64,000 nt of DNA from Candidatus Hydrogenedentota bacterium (GTDB lineage Bacteria > Hydrogenedentota > Hydrogenedentia > Hydrogenedentales > SLHB01): NCBI GenBank assembly GCA_045863295.1, contig BTWA01000002.1, positions 258,146-322,145 on the forward strand, read 5' to 3'. Under the pieces are notes generated by a model, which was given only the letters and a program-made list of their open reading frames with translations, ran no database searches and was not told the origin of the DNA. A program made the position numbers and the translations under genes. Shown in pieces: positions 1 to 9,990 of the stretch (within the stretch, counting starts at the first letter, position 1; every line of letters starts with the position of its first letter).

Positions 1-309
1 GCCCGCATCGTCTACATATTTGAGGTCGTGCAGTCCGTGATTAAAGTGAATCACGTCCCACTGCGTGTCACCCAGCCATGCCTCGATATTCTCCAGTCCC
101 TTGCCGGAATGCGCCGCATTGCCGGGGTTGTGAACAACAACGGCCTTTCCCTGGAGCAGGGACTCAAGCGGCTTCATATAACCGATGGATATGGAATCGC
201 CGATGATCAATACGTTGGGCCTGTCTGCCGTGGCATCCTCCGATCGTGCCGTGCCTGAGAACGCACACAGGAGTCCGGCTGCCAGGACTGCACTAAAACG
301 TCTGCCCAT
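1..309 (-). CDS. SGNH/GDSL hydrolase family protein (3' end outside the window; absent from the ORF track)
   Basis: Manual translation from ATG at 309 (RBS AGGGAGG): MGRRFSAVLAAGLLCAFSGTARSEDATADRPNVLIIGDSISIGY...WDVIHFNHGLHDLKY. Signal peptide, block I GDSIS and block III HFNHGLHD. Confidence 0.85.
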   Translation of the reverse strand, partial: MGRRFSAVLAAGLLCAFSGTARSEDATADRPNVLIIGDSISIGYMKPLESLLQGKAVVVHNPGNAAHSGKGLENIEAWLGDTQWDVIHFNHGLHDLKYVDDAG

Positions 310-465
310 AAGACCTCCCTCATAGACCGTACGGATTTACACTCCAGTATTCAGAGGGCATCAGACTACTTTTCCCCGATCCGTGCGTCAATGGTGCTAT
401 TGGTTGCATGTGCCGCTCCCTGACTTGCCCGCAACAGCGCCGCCACGTACTATGAAGCGACTGAA

Positions 466-1578
466 ATGGGGTCTTGGGGTTCCACTGGCGTGTTTGAATT
501 GCTTCCCAACATGCATTACTGGCCGCGCACCTATATTCAGACGGGGTGCACGGCTTTCGTGGTGGCCGCCCTCGGGACTCCCCTTGCCATTTTCGTGCTG
601 CGTAGGCTGGGCATTATGGACACACCCGGCGATCACCGGATTCATGATCGGCCGATTCCCCGTGGAGGCGGCATCATCATCTTCATCGCCTTTGCCGTGG
701 CCGTGCTCCTGCCCAACTACCGGGACAATCCGATGAAAGGCGTAATGCTCAGCGCGTTTATTTGCCTGGTCATTGGTTTTCTCGACGATTGGCGAGGCGG
801 AGTGCCTGCCGTTCTGAAGCTTGCCACGTTGGCGCTGGTCACATTCATAATGTACAGCTATGGCGTATCCCTCCGGATATTTCCGTGGGCATCTCTCAAT
901 GTGCTGTTTACTTTGATTTGGATGGTCGGCGTCACGTCTGCCTTTAACGGTCTCGACAATATGGACGGGCTTGCGACCGGCGTTGCGTCTATTGCCTCCG
1001 CCATGTATTTCATCATCGCCCTTCAGACGTTTCTAATTTTTGGCCGGGAGACCGACCTGTCCTGGTTTGGTTTGCTCGCCGCGGGCTTGATCGGCGCGAA
1101 TCTCGGTTTTCTCATTTACAACTTTAAGCCGGCCCGAATATTTATGGGCGACGCGGGGAGTTTTTTTCTAGGGTACATGCTCGCGGCGCTCGGCGTCATG
1201 GGCCAGTGGACGTTGAATCCGATAATCGCCGTGACGATTCCCGTGCTGATACTGGGCGTTCCCCTGTTCGATTTCACGTACATACTCGTTGCCCGAATCA
1301 TGCGGGGCGAAACGCGCACGCTTTATCAGGTCATTACCCATTCCGCGCCGGATCACTTGTCACACCGGCTCGTGTGGATGGGTTTTTCCCAGCGCAAGGC
1401 CGTTCTCTTCATATACTTGATCTCCTTCGCGCTCGGCGTGTCGGGTATTCTTTTGCGGAATGCCAGCAGCCTCGTCGACAACGCCCTTGCTTTGTTCCAG
1501 GGATTCGCCATTGTCGCCATTGTCATCGGTCTTATGGCAACGGCCACGCGAAGGCATCTGGCCAATGGAGCCAAATGA
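466..1578 (+). CDS. MraY/WecA-family undecaprenyl-phosphate GlcNAc-1-phosphate transferase
   Basis: Many TM helices; motifs HDRPIPRGGG, GFLDD, FNGLDNMDGLA, FMGDAGS, HLSHRL. Start may be ATG 511. Confidence 0.9.
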   Translation: MGSWGSTGVFELLPNMHYWPRTYIQTGCTAFVVAALGTPLAIFVLRRLGIMDTPGDHRIHDRPIPRGGGIIIFIAFAVAVLLPNYRDNPMKGVMLSAFICLVIGFLDDWRGGVPAVLKLATLALVTFIMYSYGVSLRIFPWASLNVLFTLIWMVGVTSAFNGLDNMDGLATGVASIASAMYFIIALQTFLIFGRETDLSWFGLLAAGLIGANLGFLIYNFKPARIFMGDAGSFFLGYMLAALGVMGQWTLNPIIAVTIPVLILGVPLFDFTYILVARIMRGETRTLYQVITHSAPDHLSHRLVWMGFSQRKAVLFIYLISFALGVSGILLRNASSLVDNALALFQGFAIVAIVIGLMATATRRHLANGAK

Positions 1579-1605
1579 CTCCTCCAACCCAGCGAGGTAT
1601 TTTCC

Positions 1606-2877
1606 GTGAAGTGCATCATCGCTCTGATTCTCACGATTCCTGTATTTGCCGCCCCAGCGGGCGCCGTCACGCTTCGTGTGACCGAATTTGGAGCTATTGC
1701 CGATGGCCAGAGCGATTGCACGGCGGCTTTCCAGCGAGCGTTGGACGCCGCCGCGGCCGCCAATGGGGGAATCGTGGAGGTTCCCACCGGCCTGTACAGC
1801 TTTGACGGCACCTTGAACGTGCCCATGGGGGTGGCGCTGCGAGGTGTCTTTCAGTACGCCCCTTCCCATGCGGGCATCCGAGACCGTTCGGCGGAAAGGC
1901 CTGAGTACGGCACTGTGTTGTTACCCCGATCCGGGGCCGGCGACGAAGCCAGCGCGCCGTTTATCACGCTCGGCACGAATAGCGTGCTCCAGGGGGTGTG
2001 CATTCACTATCCCGACCAGAAGCCTGACGCTGAGTCGCCCACGCCCTACCCGTTCGCGATTGCGATGCGGGGTAACAACCCGGCCGTCATCGATGTGGAG
2101 CTCTTGAATCCGTACAAGGCCATAGACGCCAGCCAGAACCAGCGCCACCTCATTCGCAACGTCCACGGCCAGCCTATCGCCATGGGTATCTATGTTGATG
2201 TCATCTACGACATTGGCCGGATAGAAAACGTCCACTGGAACCCGTGGTGGTCTATCGGCACGCCGGTGTACAAGTGGCAGACTGAGAACGGCGTTGGGTT
2301 CTTTTTTGGCAAGACCGATTGGCATTACGTCCACAATACGTTTTGTTTTGGTTACAACGTCGGCTACAAGTTTGCGGAAACCGAAAAGGGGGTTTGCAAC
2401 GGCAACTTCCTGGGTATTGGCGCGGACGACTGTTTTACCGCCGTCCATATCGAAAACAGCTCACCGTACGGCATCCTTATTACCAACGGCGAGTTCGTTT
2501 CTTTTCATGGGCCCGACCCCACCATGGTTAGGGTCGACGAGACCAATACCGGTACGGTGCGGTTTGTAAACAGTGCTTTCTGGGGTCCCTGCAACCGCAT
2601 CGCCTTTGTGGAAGGCAAGGGTGTGATTGGGTTTAGCGATTGCACCTTCTTCCAATGGGCCCATCACGGCAGGGACTACCCCGCCATCGATGTGGTGGGG
2701 GGTACGATACTCGTACGGGGGTGCGAATTCGCCCAGGATCGCAAGCATGTGACGCTGCGCAGGCCTGTTGACCGGGCGATCATCACGGAGAATATCGTTC
2801 CCTTTGAACCCCACATTCAAAACCGGGCGTATGGCAACGTGGTCATAAGGGACAATGTGGGGGTCCCCAAATTGTAA
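1606..2877 (+). CDS. secreted right-handed beta-helix protein (GH28/pectate lyase 3-like N-terminus)
   Basis: Signal peptide, then VTEFGAIADGQSDCTAAFQRALD...GGIVEVPTGLY motif and Asn/Gly-rich beta-helix repeats. Confidence 0.8.
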   Translation: MKCIIALILTIPVFAAPAGAVTLRVTEFGAIADGQSDCTAAFQRALDAAAAANGGIVEVPTGLYSFDGTLNVPMGVALRGVFQYAPSHAGIRDRSAERPEYGTVLLPRSGAGDEASAPFITLGTNSVLQGVCIHYPDQKPDAESPTPYPFAIAMRGNNPAVIDVELLNPYKAIDASQNQRHLIRNVHGQPIAMGIYVDVIYDIGRIENVHWNPWWSIGTPVYKWQTENGVGFFFGKTDWHYVHNTFCFGYNVGYKFAETEKGVCNGNFLGIGADDCFTAVHIENSSPYGILITNGEFVSFHGPDPTMVRVDETNTGTVRFVNSAFWGPCNRIAFVEGKGVIGFSDCTFFQWAHHGRDYPAIDVVGGTILVRGCEFAQDRKHVTLRRPVDRAIITENIVPFEPHIQNRAYGNVVIRDNVGVPKL

Positions 2878-3093
2878 GACATCGAAACATCTTGCAATCA
2901 TGGGGTCCCGGCGGCTACACTTTAGGGGCTTAGATCGTCGGTTAAGCCATGCAGACAAACGGCCTATCCTGTCCGGATATTGTTTGTCGCATCATTGCCC
3001 CCCGCCCGGTGATCGGGCTATGACACCCGCCAGGGCCGGTTGTAAACGGCCCAACGGCACCGACATTGCACTTGGACCCTGGAGTATTCGTAC

Positions 3094-3975
3094 ATGAGAA
3101 AGTACTTGCCCGATTACTGCACCGTTCGTACATTTAAGTGGCCGACTGCCATCGTCATTGGCCTGATTCATGTGGCGGCCCTTGCGGCTCCTTTTACCTT
3201 TTCCTGGACCGGCCTTATCCTATGCCTTGTGTTGTATTACATGTCCGGCGGATTGGGCATTACGCTTTGTTACCACCGGTTTCTGACGCATAGCAGCTTC
3301 AAGACTTACGCGCCCGTGAAGTGGTTTATCACCACTTGCGCGGTACTTGCGTTTCAGGGCAATCCCACGTCCTGGGTATCGGCGCATCGTGTGCACCACA
3401 AGGAATCGGATCACGAACCGGATCCTCATTCCCCGGTGGTCGTGAATTTTCTGTGGGGCCACATCCTTTGGTTGTTCTGGCGTCAACCGGGTTTGGCCAC
3501 GCGCGAGGAAGAGCAGCATTACACCAAGGATCTGCAACGCGATGCGGCCGTTCGGTTCTTTGACAAGTCGTTTCTTCTCATTAACATCTTGTTTGCCGCG
3601 GGCTTGTACGGGGCGGGTTACCTGATTGCGGGCCCGGCTTTCGGTACTTCGCTTCTGGTGTGGGGGTTCTTCCTTCGCATAGTGCTTTGTTGGCACGGTA
3701 CGTGGCTGGTCAATTCCGCCACACACCTTTGGGGTTATTCGAATTACACCACCGATGACAACAGCAAAAACAATTGGTGGGTGGCTCTGCTGAGTTTTGG
3801 CGAAGGCTGGCATAACAACCATCATGCCGATCAACGATCGGCGGCGCACGGTCACAAGTGGTGGGAATTCGATCTTACCTACGTGACGATCAGACTCCTT
3901 GAGAAGTTGGGACTTGCGTGGGATGTTGTGGTTCCGCGCAACATGCAGAAGATGGACATGCGCAAGGCGGCATAG
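3094..3975 (+). CDS. delta-9 acyl-lipid/acyl-CoA fatty acid desaturase
   Basis: His boxes HRFLTH, HRVHH and GEGWHNNHH; NSATHLWG motif; RBS GGAG. Confidence 0.93.
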   Translation: MRKYLPDYCTVRTFKWPTAIVIGLIHVAALAAPFTFSWTGLILCLVLYYMSGGLGITLCYHRFLTHSSFKTYAPVKWFITTCAVLAFQGNPTSWVSAHRVHHKESDHEPDPHSPVVVNFLWGHILWLFWRQPGLATREEEQHYTKDLQRDAAVRFFDKSFLLINILFAAGLYGAGYLIAGPAFGTSLLVWGFFLRIVLCWHGTWLVNSATHLWGYSNYTTDDNSKNNWWVALLSFGEGWHNNHHADQRSAAHGHKWWEFDLTYVTIRLLEKLGLAWDVVVPRNMQKMDMRKAA

Positions 3976-3989
3976 CCTAATCCAAACGA

Positions 3990-4247
3990 TTATCGTGGCC
4001 GGGAGGACCTTGGGGTCTTTCCGGCCTTTTTCTGTTGTAGCTGTTGATTTCCAGAAGGGTTTTTCGGCCTCGCGGGCGGCTTTTTGGGTACCTTTGCCCC
4101 TGCTTCGCGGGCTTCGGATAGTCCGATAGCGATTGCCTGTTTCCGGTTTGTGACTTTTTTACCCGTGCTCGAGCGCAACGTGCCGTGCTTGAACTCCCGC
4201 ATTGTTTTACCCACTTTTTCTTGTGCTTTTTTGCCGTACTTGGGCAT
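3990..4247 (-). CDS. small basic DUF6496-like protein
   Basis: ATG 4247 with RBS AAGGAG; MPKYGKKAQEKVGKTMREFKHGTLRS...KVTNRKQAIAIGLSEAREAG matches this conserved small family. Confidence 0.8.
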   Translation of the reverse strand: MPKYGKKAQEKVGKTMREFKHGTLRSSTGKKVTNRKQAIAIGLSEAREAGAKVPKKPPARPKNPSGNQQLQQKKAGKTPRSSRPR

Positions 4248-4492
4248 GGCTGTCACTCCTTGCCTGTGCGGACCGAACTTGATCCCGCGTCGTTCTCCAA
4301 TAAGTGTACTTTCCGAACGATTTATCCCGTATCGGCGTGGTTCTGATAGGGCCATGAGAGTCAGCCCCGAATTTGCGCTGGGCATTCGTCCTGCGCGCAT
4401 TGAAGTCTAGTGCTTGATTTTGTCGTATGCAGCCAACTACATTCCTCTGGTAGCTACAATCTGTGGGGTGTTCAATCCGGGAGTTATACGCC

Positions 4493-5533
4493 ATGTTGTA
4501 TTCCTTTGTGCGACAAGTTGCTTTGGTGAGCATCGCCGCCGTGATTTGCGTTGGCTTTACCGGTTGTTACAAGAGCATTCGCAAGAATGCCAAGGACATG
4601 ACCACCCAGGAACGGGATGATTTTGTTGCGGCAATCCTTCTTCTGAAGGAAACGCCCTCGCCGTTTGAAGACGGCATCAGCTATTACGATCAGTTTGTGA
4701 AGTGGCATGTCGAGATCAACAACTGCCTTGGGTACAGCTATCATGCGGGTCCCGCCTTTCTGCCGTGGCACCGCGCTTTCTTGATGCAGTTTGAATTGGC
4801 GTTGCGCGAAGTCAGCGGCAAAGACATTTCGGTGCCGTATTGGGAATGGAACGATCCGGAGAGCACGGCGGCGGTGTTCAACGAAGAGTTCATGGGTACC
4901 AGCGGCGATCCTAACGATCTGTTCGCGCTCGACAACGGTCCGTTCCGGAAAGGCGAATTCGCGGTATCGGTATTCATGGACATGGATCCGCACAAGTTTC
5001 CGCACATCGTGCGCAACATTGGATCCTCCTTCATGCCCGTGTTGCCTACCCCGGCGCAAATCGAGACGGCGCTGGGCGTCGAGACGTACGACGTGTTTCC
5101 CTGGAACGAGTTCAGCCCAATCGACGAGAGTTTTCGCAACCATATCGAAGGGTTTCGCGGCACGACAAATGTCATGTGCATGGAGGACGGCATGATTGTG
5201 CGCCAAGGCACGGGGGAAACGGCCATGCATAACCAGGTGCACAATTACGTGGGCGGCGCTTGGGTAGAGAACAGTATCCAATACGGGGGGACGATGTTGT
5301 TGCATTCCTCGCCTGCCGATCCCATTTTCTGGCTGCACCATGCGTATGTGGACAAGCTCTGGGAAGAGTGGATGCAACGCCACGGCAAGCGATACGCTCC
5401 TTTCTTCGGCGGCCGCGAGCATCATAACGCGGTGGACGTGCTCTGGCCGTTTACCAAAGAGATCGTCGGTAAGAATGTTCGTGCCATCGACGTGATCGAC
5501 CTGAAAAAGACTGGCGTACAATACGCGGAGTAA
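4493..5533 (+). CDS. tyrosinase family (type-3 copper) protein, putative lipoprotein
   Basis: IRKNAKDMT N-motif; CuA histidines (KWH, YHAGPAFLPWHR); CuB motif MHNQVH...SPADPIFWLHHAYVDKLW; N-terminal lipobox-like FTGC. Confidence 0.9.
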   Translation: MLYSFVRQVALVSIAAVICVGFTGCYKSIRKNAKDMTTQERDDFVAAILLLKETPSPFEDGISYYDQFVKWHVEINNCLGYSYHAGPAFLPWHRAFLMQFELALREVSGKDISVPYWEWNDPESTAAVFNEEFMGTSGDPNDLFALDNGPFRKGEFAVSVFMDMDPHKFPHIVRNIGSSFMPVLPTPAQIETALGVETYDVFPWNEFSPIDESFRNHIEGFRGTTNVMCMEDGMIVRQGTGETAMHNQVHNYVGGAWVENSIQYGGTMLLHSSPADPIFWLHHAYVDKLWEEWMQRHGKRYAPFFGGREHHNAVDVLWPFTKEIVGKNVRAIDVIDLKKTGVQYAE

Positions 5534-5584
5534 CTTGGGCGAACTTGCCGAGGCATCTGTTTGCGGGGCGTGATTCCTGTGTGG

Positions 5585-5645
5585 GATGGAAGGGACGGGA
5601 AAGACATAAGGGACATAATGGACGCAGGGGACGTAGGGACATCAA
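5585..5645. repeat. degenerate 9-bp periodic repeat (GGACATAAG-like, about 7 units)
   Basis: GAC/GAT recurs at 5585, 5594, 5603, 5612, 5621, 5630 and 5638. Confidence 0.6.
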
Positions 5646-5893
5646 GATGGCCCTTCGCCGCTTTTTATTGACGTTAAAGTGGCGCGCTTGAGCGCTGCGG
5701 ACCCCACTGCCATTTCCGCACTGGTGCGTACTTCGATCTGCCTCCCACTCAATCGTACCCGAGGGGTGGCGGTTGCGCGGGGTTTTGGGTACGGGATATG
5801 ATAACCCATTGCGGCGGGTGGATTTTGCTTGGGCCGGGTTTCCGACGCCGGATCGCCGCATTTCTGTAACTCGTTTACCCTGTGAGGTGTGTT

Positions 5894-8164
5894 ATGGCTT
5901 TTGATTTCGACATGATCGAGAAGATTTATGCGGCGTTGGGCGGCAAGGTGAATGCCGCGCGGTCGCTGGTTGGGCGGCCGCTGACGCAGGCGGAGAAGAT
6001 TCTGTACGCGCACTTGTTCGATGCGTTGCCGGGCAAGGCGTTTGGCCGTGGGTCGGATTATGTCGATTTTGCGCCGGATCGGGTCGCGATGCAGGATGCG
6101 ACGGCGCAGATGGCGTTGTTGCAGTTCATGCAGTGCGGGCGGGCGGTGACGGCGGTTCCGTCGACGGTTCATTGCGATCACCTGATTCTGGCGGAATCGG
6201 GCGCGAAGAGCGATTTGCTGAAGTCCATCGACGTGAACAAGGAAGTGTTCGACTTTTTATCCTCCGTTTCGAACAAGTATGGCATCGGTTTTTGGAAGCC
6301 GGGCGCGGGCATTATCCACCAGGTTATTTTGGAGAATTATGCGTTTCCCGGGGGGATGATGGTGGGCACCGACTCCCACACGCCCAATGCGGGTGGATTG
6401 GGGATGGTGGCGATTGGCGTGGGCGGCGCGGATGCTGTTGATGTGATGGCGGGCATGGCGTGGGAGTTAAAATGGCCCAAACTCATCGGCGTACATCTTA
6501 CCGGCAAGATGAGCGGTTGGACTTCGCCGAAGGATGTGATACTCAAGGTCGCCGACATACTGACGGTGAAGGGTGGTACGGGGGCCATTGTGGAGTATTT
6601 CGGACCCGGGGCGGAGACCATGTCCTGCACGGGCAAGGGGACGATCTGCAACATGGGGGCGGAGATTGGGGCGACGACGTCGTTGTTCGCCTTCGACGAT
6701 TCCATGGTTCGCTATCTGGAATCCACGGGTCGTGCCGACGTGGCGGCGGCGGCGGCGGCGGTAAGGGAGCATTTGCGTCCCGATCCCGAAGTGTATCAGG
6801 AGCCCTCGAAGTATTTTGACCAGCTTATCGAGATCAACCTGAGCGAGTTGGAGCCGCACGTGAACGGTCCGTTCACGCCTGATCTGGGATCGCCGATATC
6901 CAAACTGGCCGACAATGCGAAGGCGAATCAGTGGCCGATGGAGGTTGAAGTGGGGCTCATTGGGTCGTGCACGAATTCCTCGTATGAGGATATGGCGCGG
7001 GCGGCGTCTATTGCGCGTCAGGCCAAGGAAAAAGGCATCAAGGCAAAAGCCGAGTTTACGATAACGCCGGGATCCGAATTGGTGCGCGCCACTATCGAGC
7101 GCGACGGGCTATTAAACGATTTCGAAGCCGTTGGCGGCGTGGTGCTGGCCAATGCGTGCGGTCCGTGCATTGGGCAATGGGCGCGGCACCGGAGTGGTCC
7201 GAAGGACGCGCCGAATACGATTGTGACCTCGTTCAACCGCAATTTCGCCAAGCGCAACGACGGCAATCCGAAGACGCACGCTTTTGTCACGTCGCCTGAG
7301 ATGGTGACGGCGCTGGTGTTGGGGGGGCGTCTGGATTTCAATCCGCTCAAAGATACGCTGACCAACGAGAAGGGCGAGCAGGTAAAGCTGGATCCGCCCA
7401 CCGGCGATGAATTGCCCCAAAAGGGTTTCGATTGCGAAGACCCTGGTTATGTCGCGCCGGCGGATGATGGCAGCGGGGTGGATGTGATCGTGAACCCCGA
7501 TTCCGAGCGGCTTCAGTTGCTTGCGGGATTCGCGCCCTGGGAGGGCACCGACTTAGCCGGTTTGAAGTTGCTGGCGAAGTTTAAGGGCAAGTGCACGACG
7601 GATCACATTTCGATGGCGGGCCCATGGCTGCGATTCCGGGGTCACCTCGACAACATCGCTAACAATACATTTATTGGCGCCATCAACTTTTTCAATGGCG
7701 AGGCGAACAAGATAAAGAACCAGATCACCGGCGGCTATGGCGAAGTACCGGCCACGGCGCGGGCCTACAAGGCTGCGGGAGTCGGCAGTGTCGTCGTTGG
7801 TGATGAGAACTACGGCGAGGGGTCCTCCCGCGAGCACGCGGCCATGCAACCGCGCCACTTGGGCGTGCGCGCGATTCTGGTGAAGAGCTTTGCCCGGATT
7901 CACGAGACGAACCTGAAGAAGCAGGGGATGCTGGCGCTGACATTCGTGAATCCCGCGGATTACGACAAAATCCAGGAAGACGACACCCTCGATATCGTGG
8001 GGTTGACCGAATTTGCTCCTGGGAAGCCTTTGACCATCGTTTTGCACCATGCGGACGGGTCCTCGGACCAGTTCCCGGTGAATCACACCTATAACGAGTC
8101 CCAGATCGAGTGGTTCAAGGCGGGCGGGGCGTTGAATCTGATTAAGGCGCAGGTAGGGGGGTGA
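5894..8164 (+). CDS. acn: aconitate hydratase (mitochondrial/Bacteroidetes-like type)
   Basis: [60 protein letters not shown]. Confidence 0.97.
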   Translation: MAFDFDMIEKIYAALGGKVNAARSLVGRPLTQAEKILYAHLFDALPGKAFGRGSDYVDFAPDRVAMQDATAQMALLQFMQCGRAVTAVPSTVHCDHLILAESGAKSDLLKSIDVNKEVFDFLSSVSNKYGIGFWKPGAGIIHQVILENYAFPGGMMVGTDSHTPNAGGLGMVAIGVGGADAVDVMAGMAWELKWPKLIGVHLTGKMSGWTSPKDVILKVADILTVKGGTGAIVEYFGPGAETMSCTGKGTICNMGAEIGATTSLFAFDDSMVRYLESTGRADVAAAAAAVREHLRPDPEVYQEPSKYFDQLIEINLSELEPHVNGPFTPDLGSPISKLADNAKANQWPMEVEVGLIGSCTNSSYEDMARAASIARQAKEKGIKAKAEFTITPGSELVRATIERDGLLNDFEAVGGVVLANACGPCIGQWARHRSGPKDAPNTIVTSFNRNFAKRNDGNPKTHAFVTSPEMVTALVLGGRLDFNPLKDTLTNEKGEQVKLDPPTGDELPQKGFDCEDPGYVAPADDGSGVDVIVNPDSERLQLLAGFAPWEGTDLAGLKLLAKFKGKCTTDHISMAGPWLRFRGHLDNIANNTFIGAINFFNGEANKIKNQITGGYGEVPATARAYKAAGVGSVVVGDENYGEGSSREHAAMQPRHLGVRAILVKSFARIHETNLKKQGMLALTFVNPADYDKIQEDDTLDIVGLTEFAPGKPLTIVLHHADGSSDQFPVNHTYNESQIEWFKAGGALNLIKAQVGG

Positions 8165-8230
8165 GTTCGGGGCCGGGAGCCTGAATAGGGCCTATCGTTT
8201 GGGGCGGTGGGGGTTTCTGGCATTCGGAGG

Positions 8231-8259
8231 TTGTTATTTTGGGGCGACTTGTGTAGAAT
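8231..8259 (+). promoter_or_regulatory. putative sigma70 promoter of the small ORF at 8329
   Basis: TTGTTA-N17-TAGAAT with a TGn extension. Confidence 0.55.
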
Positions 8260-8328
8260 GGTGGGCGGTAGGTACCGTTCTGTTCGTGCATGTGCACATT
8301 TGGACCAAGCTGAAGGAGGATATGGGAC

Positions 8329-8466
8329 ATGTTGTTTGTACTGGCTTCGATTTTCAATTTTCCGTTGCTGCCGTATGACTGGGCGAATGTGATCTTCAAT
8401 TTCCTGACGGGTGGATTTGACGCTGCCATCCTGTTTTTCCGTGCTTTGGGCCTGCCCGTCGTCTGA
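8329..8466 (+). CDS. small hydrophobic protein, 45 aa (below ORF-track cutoff)
   Basis: AAGGAGGA 8 nt before ATG; MLFVLASIFNFPLLPYDWANVIFNFLTGGFDAAILFFRALGLPVV; has its own promoter and terminator. Confidence 0.7.
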   Translation: MLFVLASIFNFPLLPYDWANVIFNFLTGGFDAAILFFRALGLPVV

Positions 8467-8549
8467 TATCCGGGGCGGTCGTTGACGGAAAGATGCATTC
8501 CATGAACCTTCCCGATCGGGTGGGTTCGGGGAGTGAGTCTCGCTTTTGT

Positions 8550-8600
8550 GCGGGACGTACCGGCAAGTATTTGCTGAAGGGTATGTCCCGCTTTTTTATT
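8550..8600 (+). terminator. rho-independent terminator
   Basis: GCGGGACGTACC...GGTATGTCCCGC stem followed by TTTTTTATT. Confidence 0.7.
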
Positions 8601-8657
8601 TGCCTTTTTCGCGGTTCCAGGGGTTCGAATTTTGCCGGGGGGCGAGGATACATCGAG

Positions 8658-9464
8658 ATGGGTAACGCCGTTCGTCTGACATTGGTGAGTTTGTTGTGGG
8701 TCGCGTGTGGGTTGGGTTGGGCCGACTTGGCGCCGCCGAAGAACGGGGGCGTGTATGTGGTGGCTCACCGGGGGGCGCACATCGGGATTCCGGAGAATAC
8801 GCTGGCTGCGTATGCGAAGGCGATTGAGCTGGGGTGCGACTTTGTCGAGATAGATGTCCGTACGACCAAGGATGGTCATTTTGTGAGCGTACACAATTCT
8901 TCGGTTGACGCGTATACCGAAGGCGTGACGGGCAAAGTGGCGGAGATGACATTGGACGAGATTCGTGCATTGGATGTTGGCAAGAAAGTTGGTCCGGATT
9001 GGGCAGGCACTCGCGTGCCGACCCTGGACGAGATCCTTGCGTTATGCAAGGGCAAGATCGGGATCTACCTGGATTTGAAAGAAGGTGATCCTGTGGCGAT
9101 ACTCGCAAAGATTCGCGAATATGACATGCAGAACGACGTGATTTGGTACGCGAGCTGGGAAGAGCAACAGATAGTGCGCGCGCAGTGCGCCGAATGTCAT
9201 ATCATGCCGGATCCGGGTCCCGAGGAGAATCTGGCGAAGTTACTGGAGACGTTTCCCGGGGTGAAGGTAGTGGCTTCCATGTTCAAGTTTTGCAGCGCGA
9301 CATTTGTACAGACCTGCAAAGATGCGGGTGCGATCGTGATTATGGACGAGAGCGAGCCGTCGTGCTGGGAGGAGTCATTGAGTTGGGGACTTCAGGGTAT
9401 TCAGACCGACCATCCGGAAGACCTTATCAAGTTCTTGAAGGAACGGGCGATGGCGTCCAAGTGA
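8658..9464 (+). CDS. glycerophosphodiester phosphodiesterase (exported)
   Basis: Signal peptide; VAHRG, PENTLAA, EIDVRTTKDG, GIQTDHP. Confidence 0.9.
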   Translation: MGNAVRLTLVSLLWVACGLGWADLAPPKNGGVYVVAHRGAHIGIPENTLAAYAKAIELGCDFVEIDVRTTKDGHFVSVHNSSVDAYTEGVTGKVAEMTLDEIRALDVGKKVGPDWAGTRVPTLDEILALCKGKIGIYLDLKEGDPVAILAKIREYDMQNDVIWYASWEEQQIVRAQCAECHIMPDPGPEENLAKLLETFPGVKVVASMFKFCSATFVQTCKDAGAIVIMDESEPSCWEESLSWGLQGIQTDHPEDLIKFLKERAMASK

Positions 9465-9499
9465 CTGCAGTGAACAGGTTGGATGGCAGGAAGTAACCC

Positions 9500-9985
9500 A
9501 TGGTAAAGGTGCTATTTGTTTGCATGGGCAACATTTGCCGATCGCCGACAGCGGAGGCGCTGATGCGTCATCATGCGAAGGCTCGGGGGCTTGCTCATCG
9601 TATCCACATTGATTCGGCCGGGACGCACGCGTATCACGTGGGAGAAACACCTGATCCGCGATCGCGTCAAGAGGCTGAGCGGCGCGGCGTAAGTATGGCG
9701 GATATTCGGGCACGCGCGGTGGAGCCGGGGGATTTCGAATCGTTCGACTACATACTGGTGATGGACGATGTGAACTACGAACATCTTATCCGGATATGCC
9801 CGCCTTCCCATCGCGGCAAGATTCAATACCTTTTGTCTTATCATCCCGAAACGGAGTTGACGTCGGTGCCGGATCCGTATTACGGGGGGGCGCGCGGCTT
9901 TATTCATGTTTTTGATTTGGTCGAGGGCGGAATCAGGGGATTTATCGAGCATCTCGAGGCGGGTCGTCTCGCGCAACAGGCGTAG
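9500..9985 (+). CDS. low molecular weight protein-tyrosine phosphatase
   Basis: FVCMGNICRSPTAE P-loop, DSAGT, VPDPYYG. Confidence 0.95.
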   Translation: MVKVLFVCMGNICRSPTAEALMRHHAKARGLAHRIHIDSAGTHAYHVGETPDPRSRQEAERRGVSMADIRARAVEPGDFESFDYILVMDDVNYEHLIRICPPSHRGKIQYLLSYHPETELTSVPDPYYGGARGFIHVFDLVEGGIRGFIEHLEAGRLAQQA

Positions 9986-9990
9986 CACCG

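Noticed and set aside
4484..5521. 345-aa antisense ORF opposite the tyrosinase
   Set aside because: Shadow ORF caused by GC-rich codon bias; no motifs.
6742..6761. (GCG)6 run in the aconitase gene as a phase-variable tract
   Set aside because: It is an in-frame poly-Ala stretch in an intact housekeeping gene.
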